DNA from: the human T2T-CHM13v2.0 reference genome, Homo sapiens
Direction: 5' to 3' (one strand)
Assembly (NCBI RefSeq): GCF_009914755.1
Contig: NC_060925.1
DNA length: 64,000 nt
Positions 32,058-46,108 of this stretch are shown in pieces. The first letter of the stretch is position 1; every line of letters starts with the position of its first letter. Below the pieces are notes generated by a model, which was not told the origin of the DNA, did no database searches, and saw nothing but the letters and a program-made list of their open reading frames with translations. The translations under genes were made by a program, and so were the position numbers.

Positions 32058-33804
32058 CTAAAAGAACAAAGAGAAATTGTATTAAATTGGTGCTTCTAAT
32101 TCAGATTTATTGAAGCAGGTGTTAGCAAGCATTAACTCAGCTCCTGCTGTGCCATCCTAGATGTGAAAGAATGAGAAGCAAAGGAGTAGAGCAGATGAAA
32201 AAGGAACCCAGTGATTTATAGATTCCCTCGGATGCAAGCCATGGTATCTACTGTACTGTGTAGGCATTGTGGATATAGTGGAAGAAGAGTGAAACCCTGT
32301 AAAAGCCATGATAATGGCCTGAAAAAATTTTTGATTTCCCTCCTTTTTTGTAACTTCCAATTGTTTGACATAGGTCTCCCTTACCATATTGTAAGTTCCG
32401 TGAAGGCAAGGGCGGTATCTACCTTATTTATTGTTACAACCTGTGTTAACTAATAAAGTGCCTGCAGTTATGGGAGGGACCCAGTAACTATTTGATGGAT
32501 CAATGAACAGAATAAAAAAGACCTGGTCCAGTGACCATCCATCCCTAGATTCAAGTGAAGTATGCCCATCCTGCAGTTTTCTCATTTTTTTACTTCCTTC
32601 TCATATTGTCTTATATATTTTCCATGATTCATCAGTTATATTGCTGACAAAGTTAATTAATTCAGTTCCCTAACTTTCCACCACATATGTCTTTCTCACA
32701 TGTAACCCTGGATGTCCCTATTTGTTTTCATTGCTCCTAGTCTAAGCTGTCAGTACTATGGAAAAAAAAAAAAGTCTCACAGTAGAATTGACAGTCAATA
32801 TTAGAAGTATGATTTTGCTGAGCACCCAATGCTGCTTAACTCTCCATGTACCTAATTTAATGAATCTTCTTTCACAAATTTCTGCTCAACATGACAGCCT
32901 AACCCAATCTCCACTTCCTCCATATTAAAATTAAACTCTTGTATTTAGATTTCTGCCTTAGTATTCTAATACAGCATTCTCAAAGGCCACAAATACACTA
33001 CTAATTAATTCTATTACTAAAAGCTATTATCTGAAAGTTATTACCTCTAAGAAATTGTACTTTTATAAATCTCAAGACTTGTGCATTAAAATGTACATAA
33101 CAGGGATGAATTCCTTAGGTTTTCTTTATCTTTACAATACTATGATTCACGCAGAAAAAGGTAAATAGGTCACTGAATCTCCATCTCCCTTGACCTAAAC
33201 TGATAATTTTGGATGACAGTTGAATTATGAAAACAATGAAATATATTGTTAACTTTTTTTTAATGCTTTCTTAGTTTAAGGCACTATACTTACTACTTTA
33301 CAAACTATATCTTACTTAATTTTCAAAACAACTGTCTGTGGGAAATACTGTCTCCATTTTACAGCTATGAAAACTGAAGTACCAATAAATTATTTAATTA
33401 TCCGGGTTTTATAACAAGGGGCACAGTCAGGACTTGAACCCAGGTGTGTTTGACCTATGTTCTCAACCATTATATAATATTTCCAAAAGTGTAATTCAGT
33501 TACAACTGGCATCAGAATTCCTTGGTAAATGGTTAAAAATACAAATTTCTGGGCTGCATCCAAGAACTACTAACAGAGAAGGTCAGAAATATGCATTTCC
33601 AGGCAATTCTTATGCACATAAAAATTAATTAAAAACATTTTTCCTGAAGACTGATCACAAAAAAATCTGGTCAATATAAATAAAATTGACATTCTTTGTC
33701 AAAAAAAAAAATTCCCCCCCGTGTTTAGCTCTATTTATTTCATTACATTTTTACAGGCTGTCTCAAGGAGCTTTTCTGCATTCCGTTCAGCTTAAAATTT
33801 TTTC

Positions 33805-36260
33805 TAAAAAAATTTCTTATTGTGATAAACTATATACAAGATTTGTCATTTTAAACATTTTTAAATGTACAATTCAGTGACATTAATTACATTCACAATG
33901 TTGTGCAACCATCACCACTATCTATTTCCAAAAGTTTTCTATTACTACAAACAGAAACTGTATAACCATTAAGCAGTAACTCTTCATGCTTCCCACCTCC
34001 AGCCTCTAGTAACCTTTAATCTCCTTTCTATCTCTTTGAATTAGTCTATTCTAGACATTGCATACAACTGGAATCTTACAGTATTTGTCCTTATGTGTCT
34101 GGCTTATTTCACTTAGCATAATGCTTTCAAGATTCTTCAATGTTGTAGCATGTATCAGAACTTCATTCCTTTTCATAAATAAATAATATTCCACTGCATG
34201 TACATACCACACTTTATCCATTCATTTGCTGATGAACATTTGGGTTGTTTCCTGTCTTTTGGTTATTGTGAATAATGATGGAATAAACATTGGTATATAA
34301 ATATCCGAGTCACTGTTTTCATTTATTTTGGGCATATACCTAGGAGTGAAATTGCTTGGTCTTATGGTAATTATATGTTTAACTTTTTGAGAAAAGTGCC
34401 AGACTGTTTTCCACAGGAGCTACAATGTACAAGGGTTTTAATTTCTCTATATCCTTGCCAATATTTGTTATTTTCCATTTTTATTGTTTGTTTAAATAGA
34501 CATCCTCGTAGATGTAAGGTTTAAGATGTAAGGTCTCACTGTGGTTTTGATTTGCATTCCTTTAATGACTAATGATATTTAATATATTTTCATGTGTTTA
34601 TTGGCAATTTATATAAGTTCTTTCAAGAAATATCTACTCAAGGCCTGGCGCAGTGGCTCATGCCTGTAATCCCAGCACTTTGGGAGGCTGAGGTGGGCAG
34701 ATCACGAGGTTAGGAGATCGAGACCACTCTGGCTAACATGGTGAAACCCCGTCTCTACTAAAACTACAAAAAAAAAAAAAAAAAAAGTTAGCCAGGCATG
34801 GTGGCGGGTGCCTGTAGTCCCAGCTATTCAGCAGGCTGAGGCCGGAGAATGGCGTGAACCCGGGAGGCGGAGCTTGCAGTAAGCCAAGATTGCGCCACTG
34901 CACTCCAGCCTGGGCGACAGAGTGAGACTCCATCTCAAAAAAAAAAAAAAAAAAAAAAAAAATCTACTCAAGTCTTTGCCTATATTTAAAATTGGATTGT
35001 CTTTTTTCTTGTTGAGTTTTGGAAGCTCTTGATCTACTCTGGACCTTAAACCCTTATTAGATATATAATTTGAAAATATTTTCTCCCATTCTGTGCTTTG
35101 CCTTTTCACTTTCTTGATGGTGTACTTTGAAACACAAAAGCTTTTACTTTTGATAAAGTCAAATTTATTTTTTCTTTTGTTCATTGTGCTTTTGGTGTTG
35201 TTATATAAGAATCTATCAACAAATTCAAGGTCATGAAGATTTATCATTATGTTTTCCTCTAAGATAGTTATAAATGGTTTTAGCCCTTATATTTAGGTCA
35301 CTGATCCATTTTGATTTAATTTTTACATATGCTGTGAGGTAGGAATCCAACTTCATTCTTTTTTGTAAGGAAATCCTGTTTCCCAGCAACATTTATTGAA
35401 GAGACTATTCTTTCTCCATTAAATAAACTTGGCCTCCTTGTCAAAAACCAACTGGCCATAGATGTATGCATTTGTTTTGGACCCCCAATTCTATTCCATT
35501 GGTCTCTATGGCTACTGTTAACGCCAGTGCCATACTGTTTTGATGACTGTAGCTTTGTAGTATGTTTTGAAATCAGGAAATATGAGTCTTCCAACTTTGT
35601 CCTTTTTCAAGATTGTTTGGCTATTTAGGGTCTCCTGTAGCTTCATATGAATTTAAGGACAGGTTTTTCCATTTCTGCAAAAAATGCTGTTTAATCATTC
35701 TGCAAAAGAAATATAGGAATTACAGTGAATCTGTAGATTGCTTTGGGTAGTAGCATTAACATCTTAACAATATTAAATCTTCTTGCCCATGAATACAGAA
35801 TATCTTTCCTTTTATTTAGATCTTCTTTAATTTCTTTCAAAAATGAATTGTAGTTTCTAGTGTACAAGTTTTTTACCTCTTTAGTTAAATTTATTCCTGT
35901 GTATTTTATCCTTTCAGATGCTACTGCAATGGACTGCTTCCTTAATTTCCTATTCAAATTCATTACAGGTATATGGAAACTGATTTTTGTGTGTTGATCT
36001 TATACCCTGAAACTTTTTTTGACTCTGTTTATTAGCTCTAGTAGCTTCTTGTGCACTCTTGGGATTTTCTCTATAGAGAATCATCTTGTCTTCAAATAAA
36101 GATTGTTTTACTTTTTCCCTTCCAATTTAAATGACTTTTATTTCTTTTTCTTATCTAATTGCTCTGGCTAGAATTTCCAATACAATGTTGAACACCAGTG
36201 GTGAAAGCTGGTGTCCTTGTTTTGCTCCTGATCTTTAGGGGAAAGCTTTCAGTCTTCCAT
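33805..36260 (-). mobile_element. Old L1M fragment with an AluY-like insertion (+ strand, ~34642-34960)
   Basis: ORFs 35316..35594 and 35691..35963 are degenerate L1 ORF2. Confidence 0.85.
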
Positions 36261-36641
36261 ATCTAAAATTTTAAACAGTTGAAAATAATTCTCTTTTTAA
36301 GATTGGCTTTCCTCTTAGCCTTTGCTCACCTACAGAATAGGCCTAATATGGAATATAGGCTTATATCTTCATCCTAAGATTCTGATAAACATTTTCAACT
36401 AACTTATCCCTAGAGACCATCATTTGAGCAGTTAAGAGGAATTTAGAATACTGACCAGTGGTTGTCACAATTAAATTGCATACATAATGCAAAACAAAAC
36501 AACAAAAATTTTTAAAAAACCAGTTCTGGCATAACTCACTACTATTAAAAAGATTTTATTTGGGTTAGTGCAGAAATAACAAAAAATACACATCTAAAAA
36601 AGTTACTCTTCTGCCTGTAAGAGAGAATGAGCTAGTGACTA

Positions 36642-36958
<317 letters not shown>

Positions 36959-39549
36959 TCCTATACAACAGGTGGGATCCTCGCGGTGATGGAACTGTTC
37001 TGTAACATAACTACAGTGGTAGATACAAGAATCTACACGTGATAAAATTGCACAGAACTAAATACACACACACAAATGAGTTCATTGCAAAACAGGAAAT
37101 ATGAATAAGATCAGTGGATTGAGTCAATGTCAATTTCCTGGTTGTGATATTGTACTACAGTTTTGTAAGATGTTATGTTGGGAAACTAGGAAAACAATAC
37201 ACATGATGTCTCTGTTTTACTTCTCACAATGGCAAGTAAATCTACAATTATCTGAAAATAAAACTTACAGGACAGTCACCATTACTGCATTTTCATAGCA
37301 ATGCCAGCTACAGCAGCAGCAAATTGCCAAGAGGAAGAAAAGCCAATCGCAGTAAATTATATATATTCCTTGCAAAACATAAAGGATATGGAAGTTCACA
37401 TAAAATATTAACGTGTAGCTGTTTTTTTACAAATGGGCTTTATTGACATGCCATTAACTACTTGTTTTGTGAAGAAAAAAACATTTTTAAACCTAGAACA
37501 TGGAACTGTATTTTCCTGTTGAGAGGATTCTTACATTTAAAATTCTCCAAATTGATCAATAGGAATTGATTTCAGGACGTATTCATCAGTAAAAAAGGCA
37601 AAGTGAAAAGAGTACATATGGTGTGCCACCTTATCTGTATAAAAAAATAAGAAAAAATAAATGAAACTGCTTAATTTTATGGAAATAAACATAGGAAAGG
37701 TAAATAAGAAACTAATGAATTTGGTTACCCACAAGAAATAGGTAGAAGGAATGAGGGAGGGATTAACACTACTCTGAGTATCCTTTTTTGGCAACAGTTT
37801 TGACTTTTAGAACCATAATGATGGCTTATCTCATTTTAAAAAGTCAAAAAGGATGAGAAAAAAGTAAAATTCACGGACAAGAAAACCTATTTCAAATGAA
37901 TACTTCTTCAAATGAAGAACTAATCCAAATAATTTTTGAAAACAGTAATTTGACTATATATCTTTAGAGACAAAAAACTGCAAACAAATCTTGAATGCTT
38001 TGCAGGTTTGTTTTTAGCAGTGCTGTGAGCATGGGAATTCTGCAAGTATTTTGTGTATGATGTAGGATTAAGCAAATGTGCAAATTTATTGCTGCTCTTA
38101 GGAGACAGAGATTTAGATTTGAGATGGGATAGAAATATGGAAAAGGGGAAGTCAAGGAAAAACCTTGTATCACTATGAACAGATGAATTTTTAAATGGCC
38201 AACCAGCAGAAGGTCAACTAATAAATATAGATATGATGGAGTTAGAAAATTATGACTATGGCAATCATTACAGTAATAACTGACTCAGGCAAGAATCATC
38301 AATGTATGTTAAAACTACTGGGTGAAACATGACAAAGTACCTCCCCACAAAGTATTTATTAATTACAAAGGGAAAATGATTACTTTTAATATAGATAAAC
38401 CTGGTGAACATCACTGTAATCAAATGATTAAAATTCATCAATAATAGGACAAAATATCTCTTGATGTAATTCAACATTCTTCTATATTTTTGCCCCAAAA
38501 TACATAACATGAATAATGACAAAATATCAGGCAAACACAACTGAGGAATGACGTACAAAAAACAGTCTACACTATTTAAAAATATCACTGTCAGAGAAGA
38601 CAATAAAAGGTTAAAAAAATTGTTCTAGATTGAAGGAAACTTTAAGAACTATTTATGTAATCTTGGATTGAATCCTGCATCAAGAGAAAAATTGCAATAA
38701 AGAACATTACTAGGAAAATTTGAATTTGGACTATACACTAGATAACAGTAATTATATCAATGTTAAATTTCCTGATTTTAATATTTTTACTATGGTTAAA
38801 TAATATTATTCTTAGGAAATACACACTGAAGGATTTAGCAGTAAAAAAGGATGTCTGCAACTTCTCAAATATTCAGAAAAGTTTGAGTACCTATGTATGT
38901 GTGTGCACATGTGTGAAAGAGAGAATGAAAGTACATGTGACAAAATGTTAACAATTTGCGACTCTGGGGGAGTGTTCAGGAATTCTTTTTAATATTCTTG
39001 CAAATTTTCTGTAAATTTAAAATTATTTAAGAATCTAAAGTTTAAAAAATGTCTCTAAACTGTTAAAAGCTTACAAAAGGTATTTATAGATATTTTACCC
39101 GTGGGATTTTTTTCTTTTTTTTTTTCTTGATAGGGTATTTTTCTGTCTCCCAGGCTAGAGTGCAATCTGCTGCGCTGGAGTGATCCTCCCATCTCAGCTT
39201 CCTCAGTAGTGGGACTACAAGCATGTACCACCCAGGCTTGCTAATTAAAAAAAAAAATTTTGTAGAGATGGGATCTCCCTATGTTGCTCAGGCTTGAACT
39301 CCTGAACTCAAGTGATCTGCTTGACTTGACCTCCCAAAGTGCTGGGATTATAGGTGTGAGCCACCACATCCAGCCCCAGTGGGAAATTTTGTTTGCAGTT
39401 CTTAAGCATCTTTTCTCCATGAACTCTACTTCATAAATTTTGTGTTTTTAAGGGTCTCAAGATTTTTGTTTGAATAAACAAAACTATGTATTTGTAAAAA
39501 TGATTTGAGTCATGTTTCTATTCAAATTCGTAGTTTTACTGCATTTAAC

Positions 39550-40652
39550 ATTTATTTTTTATTTATTTTAATTAAATTTTTTTTTTAAGATTGGAAACCA
39601 TCAACTTGTATTGACACCAATTATGACTTTTCTCTGTAGCCTATAAGAGTGGACAGAGTGGGCTGACCCAAGATGTTTTTATCTGTAAGAATGACTAACA
39701 ATGATGTACACACTTCTAAATAGCCAACTACTTTTTCCTCAAATGCAGCTGAAAGGATTCATAATGGTAACAAATTAGTGTTACAGATAGATATTTTAAT
39801 ATGTATCTACTATCCATCGCCTTCCATGGAGCCATGGCATTGATCCAGGAGCTTTCACCTTTTATGTGAACTTTGGTACTGTCAAGACAGAGACAATTTT
39901 GTTTACATTTACCCAGATACGTTTCATTCCTAAGAAAAGCCTCTTGGCAATACGTTTATTCAGTTCTGAGAAATGGTGACATTTTGGAAACTTCTCTCAG
40001 AAACAGCAGTCACACATGTGGAACACTGGATGAAACTACATATGACGACAACATACGGTTAGGACATCCTCCCCCGACCCTACACATTTCTAAAGGAAAA
40101 CCCAATTTTAGAATTTTGTACTTGCCAAACTTAAAAAACCCAGTCACTTGAAAGTTAGCCAGCAGGGCATTGCCACCAACCCCAATAAAGCTGTACGTTT
40201 CATCACGTGCACCAGACATATCTACAAGGCTAGTTTCAGTATTCTTCTTTTAAAGAATTTATTTTAAACCTATTATACCACACAGCATGTTTCAAACACT
40301 GACATATAATTCCCTAATAAGATAAAACAAAGGCAAAAAGTTTTATCTTATTAGAAACAAGATACACCATCACTTATAGTCTTCAATTATCATTGCACTT
40401 TAACTTCCATAATTTGACAAAGCATTCATGAAACAAGCTACAGACTAGTTTTAACAGACAAAAAATACCTTACTTGTAAGCAGACATGCCTGTCCTAAAT
40501 GTTTTATTAGGTAAGAATTTTACAAACATTATTTATATTAGTGGTAATGGAGTATTGCGCCTTCTCCAAGCTGCAGGGTGAGAGCCACCAAGAGTGTGGT
40601 GGAATTTATGGCCCTTCCAAGGCCATGGCTCTTTCGGCCTGCAGATGTCAGC
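39550..40652 (-). pseudogene. 5'-truncated processed pseudogene of RPL15 (C-terminal codons, long 3' UTR, poly(A) remnant)
   Basis: Minus strand reads [19 protein letters not shown], a frameshifted version of RPL15 [21 protein letters not shown]...WRRRNT. It continues into recognisable RPL15 3' UTR, then an A-rich tail at ~39588-39550. Confidence 0.88.
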
Positions 40653-40849
40653 CTCCACCTCCTGGGCTCAAATGATTCTCCAAACAGCCTCCTATGTAGC
40701 TGGGTCCACAGGTGCACACTACCATGCTCGGCTCATTTTTTTAGTTTTTGTAGAGATGGGGTCTCATTTTGTTGCCCAGGCTGGTCTCTAACTCCTTGCC
40801 TCAAGTGATCCTCCCTCCTTGGCCTCCTAAAGTCCTGGGATTACAGGCC
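40650..40849 (-). mobile_element. Partial Alu fused to the 5' end of the RPL15 retrocopy
   Basis: Alu sequence joins RPL15 sequence at a shared CAGCC. Confidence 0.8.
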
Positions 40850-41033
40850 AGTGATGGATATTGACTATTCACTAGCTTTTGCAAATAAGAAAATTTATTT
40901 AGAAACTTGTTTTGTAGTAGTTTATAATCATTAACATTTAGTGTTCTCATATCAGAAAATAGATTATTTGTTCTAACTGGCTAAGAATGTATTTTAAAAG
41001 CATCTTGCTTTCTAAATTATAGTTATTTTCTAG

Positions 41034-41358
<325 letters not shown>

Positions 41359-42135
41359 TAGTTTTATAGACTCTATTAGACATATCTATAGGTCATACTG
41401 GCCATCATAATACCACACTGTGTTCTAACAACTTATCTAATGGGTAGGGGCCAAGGATGTTGTTAAGCAATCTATAATGTATAGGACAGCCTCTACCAAA
41501 AAGAATTACCCAACCCAAATGTCAACAGTGCTGAGATTGAGAAACCCTGAAGTAATCTTACATACTGTATCTTCTTTTATTGGTAAATGACTGAAGGTAA
41601 ACATATTTATCTTTTAAGACAAAAAGGGGGCACTTATTGGAGGGATACTAGAGTATCTCCCATAATCAAAGGGAAGCTGAGGTTGAGCAAGGCTTAAGGA
41701 GCAACAGAAAGAAGCCAGAAGACAAACAGGACCCTGCCTAATGCCTCTCTTCTCTCTGGCTATGGGCTTCTTTCTCTCTCACTGCAAACCAGTTCATCTA
41801 TTAATACATAGTAAAAAACATGGCTGCCAGTATCATCTGTGCTTGAAGATCTCCATCTGAGAAGTAGTCTCTTTTCCTACTTCCAATTTTATAAATTCTG
41901 TGAAATAACTGACTGACTGTGTTTAGGTCAGGTGCCTACCCCTGGACCAATCAACTGTCCAGGGTAGGGTCATGTAAGACTTTGGTAGTCTTTAAATAAA
42001 GAGCCACATTATTGGAATGGGGTAACGAGTGATTTAAAGAATGTTAATCCCAGCAGGAAGAGATGCTGGGCAGACAAAATAAGATAGTAAACCATAGTGT
42101 CAGTTACTCTAGTACAATGATTAAAAGAAGTCTGC

Positions 42136-42778
<643 letters not shown>

Positions 42779-42955
42779 TTACCTCTCTAAATGTCAGTTT
42801 CTTCACCGTTGTTAGGGCAATAACATTATCTACCTCACTGGGTTGTTAAGAGGATTAAATGTGATAATATATGCCTAAGACATGGCAAATATTCAATAAT
42901 TACTAGCTATTATTACCCATGTTTACTTACTATGCTTTGTAAATCCTTAAGATGA

Positions 42956-43297
<342 letters not shown>

Positions 43298-43469
43298 TGA
43301 CCCAAAATTATGTTTTAACCCCATGAACACTTATGGGCATATCTAAAGATACAAATGTCCTATAGAACACAGTTTGGAAAATGTCCCAGGCAAGGCCATG
43401 CAGTCCAAAAGTTAAAAATCTACTTAATCATATAACATGTCTGAAAAAATTGCTGGTGTTGTTCAAGAC

Positions 43470-43980
43470 TGTTGGGAACAAGCCCCCCAAAATCTGGCCG
43501 TAAACTGGCCCTAAACTGGCCATAAACAAAATCTCTGCAGCACTGTGACATGTTCATGATGGCCGTAACGCCCACGCTGTAAGGTTGTGGGTTTACCGGA
43601 ATGAGGGCAAGGAACACCTGGCCCGCCCAGGGCAGAAAACCACTTAAAGGCATTCTTAAGCCACAAACAATAGCATGAGCGATCTATGCCTTAAGGACAT
43701 GCTCCTGCTGCAGTTAACTAGCCCAACCTATTCCTTTAATTCCTTTAATTCAGCCCATCCCATAAGGGATACTTTTAGTTAATTTAATATCTATAGAAAC
43801 AATGCTAATGACTGGATTGCTGTTAATAAATACGTGGGTAAATCTCTGTTCGGGGCTCTCAGCTCTGAAGGCTGTGAGACCCCTGATTTCCCACTTCACA
43901 CCTCTATATTTCTGTGTGTGTGTCTTTAATTCCTCTAGCGCCACTGGGTTAGGGTCTCCCCGACCGAGCTGGTCTCGGCA
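43470..43980 (+). mobile_element. Solo LTR, MER9 (HERV-K HML-3) type
   Basis: TG...CA termini, 511 bp, 6-bp TSD CAAGAC (43464-43469 and 43981-43986); starts TGTTGGGAACAAGCCCCCC and ends GAGCTGGTCTCGGCA, as recalled for MER9. Confidence 0.85.
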
Positions 43981-44029
43981 CAAGACTTCATTTACATGAG
44001 AGTTTGGGAGTCTATTAGTATAGAAATAA

Positions 44030-45340
44030 AAGAAGAGACAAGGGTACACATAAGTGTACAGCTCATTCAATTGCAGTTAGTACCCAGATCACGAAAGAGA
44101 ACACTGACAACATCCCAGAAACTAAGAATAACTACTAACTTTTAGCAGTATTGATTAGTTTTGGTTATTTTTATACTTCATACAAATGGAATTATACACT
44201 ATGAAACCTTTTGTGTCTAGTTTTTTCCACATCCAACATTATGTTTGTGATATTCAGCCATTGTTGTTAGCTATAGATAATTTTCACTGTAGTCCATTAG
44301 ATAAATACCATAATTTGTTTATCCATTTGACTGTTGATGGACATCTGGATATTTTCAAATTTGAGGTGACTAGGAATTAGACTGCAATGATCATTATGGT
44401 ATTTGTCTTTGGGTAAATATATGTATACACTTCTGTTGGGTATATACCCTGAAGTGGAATTTCTGTGCCATAAGGTATGCATATATCCTGGTTTAGATGT
44501 TGCCAAACAGTTTCCCAAAGTGGTTTTCATCTACTTATACTCCCACCAGCAGTTTATTTGAGTTCCAGTTGTTCCACATTCTCACTCCAGAAGATCTACC
44601 CAGTATTTTCCTTCTTTTCTATTTTCAGCATTCTAGTGAGGATGTAGTGGTGCTTCATGGAGGTTTTAATTTGCATTTTCCCAGATGACACTTTCCAGCT
44701 GAGTACCTTTTCATATGTTTGCTGGTTTACATGAAAATCTGCTCTTGTGAAGTACCAATTAAAGTCTTTTGCCCATTTTTCTATTGGATTGTCTTGCAAA
44801 TCTTTTCACGCTGGGCTGTACTTTCACACTCTAAAAAGTTTCTTTTTATAAAAAGGACTTTTAAAGCTGTTTAATTTATCCATTTTTTCCCTTTTATTGT
44901 TGGCATTTTGCCTAATCCAAGGTCCAGTCCTCTAAAAGTTTTTTTTTTTTTTTTTTGAGACAGAGTCTCGCTCTGTCACCCAGGCTGGAGTGCAGTGGTG
45001 GCGCGATCTCGGCTCACTGCAAGTTCACGCCATTCTTCTGCCTCAGCCTCCCAAGTAGCTGGGACTACAGGTGCCCGCCACCATGCCTGGCTATTTTTTT
45101 ATATTTTTAATAGATACAGAGTTTCATTGTGTTAGCCAGGATGGTCTCTATCTCCTGACCTCATGATCTGCCCACCTCAGCCTCCCAAAGTGCTGGGATT
45201 ACAGGCATAAGCCGTCGTGCCCAGCCCCTAAAAGTTTTATTCTTTTACCTTTCATATTCAGACTTCCAATCCACCTGGAATTGATTTTTGTGCATGGTGT
45301 GAGGGTAAGGGTCCAGATAAAATTTTTCCCATGCTGATAA
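44030..45340 (-). mobile_element. Old L1M fragment with an Alu insertion (~44939-45226)
   Basis: ORFs 44297..44530 and 44596..44799 are L1 ORF2-like. Confidence 0.8.
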
Positions 45341-45466
45341 CAAATAACAGTGCTATCTTTTGTAGAGAAAAGGATATATACAACTAATTCAGCTAAATGA
45401 AGGTATCTGTTAAAACTTCTTACTCCCTTAATTCTACTTCTTAGATTGTGGAATATCTTTAAATAA

Positions 45467-45727
<261 letters not shown>

Positions 45728-46108
45728 TAACTTTTTTTTTTTTTTTTAAATCTGAACAGACTGACTTTCAGAAGAGGCTGTCCTGAGAAAACTACTGATA
45801 TCAATAAAGTTCTCATAATAAATTGGCATTTCCATTATTTTTCGGTTTGTCCTAAGGCTGATTAGTATTCATTAATTCCTTATGCTTCAACATCTCATGG
45901 TGAGTTTCTAAATTTGTATAGTGTAGGACCAAACACTGAATCTACAGTGACTCCATCAAGGTACTGAAGCTACAGGAATTATTCTAGAAGCAGATGCCTT
46001 GCTTCGTCTCTGGTATCTCTCCTAGCTATGATATTTTTGCAAAGAAAAAAAAAAAGAATATTGCCAAAACAAAACATAAAATGTTATGATCATTTAAAAC
46101 TGATCCAC

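Noticed and set aside
39873-40219. ORFs 39873..40151 (+) and 40010..40219 (-)
   Set aside because: They fall in the 3' UTR part of the RPL15 retrocopy.
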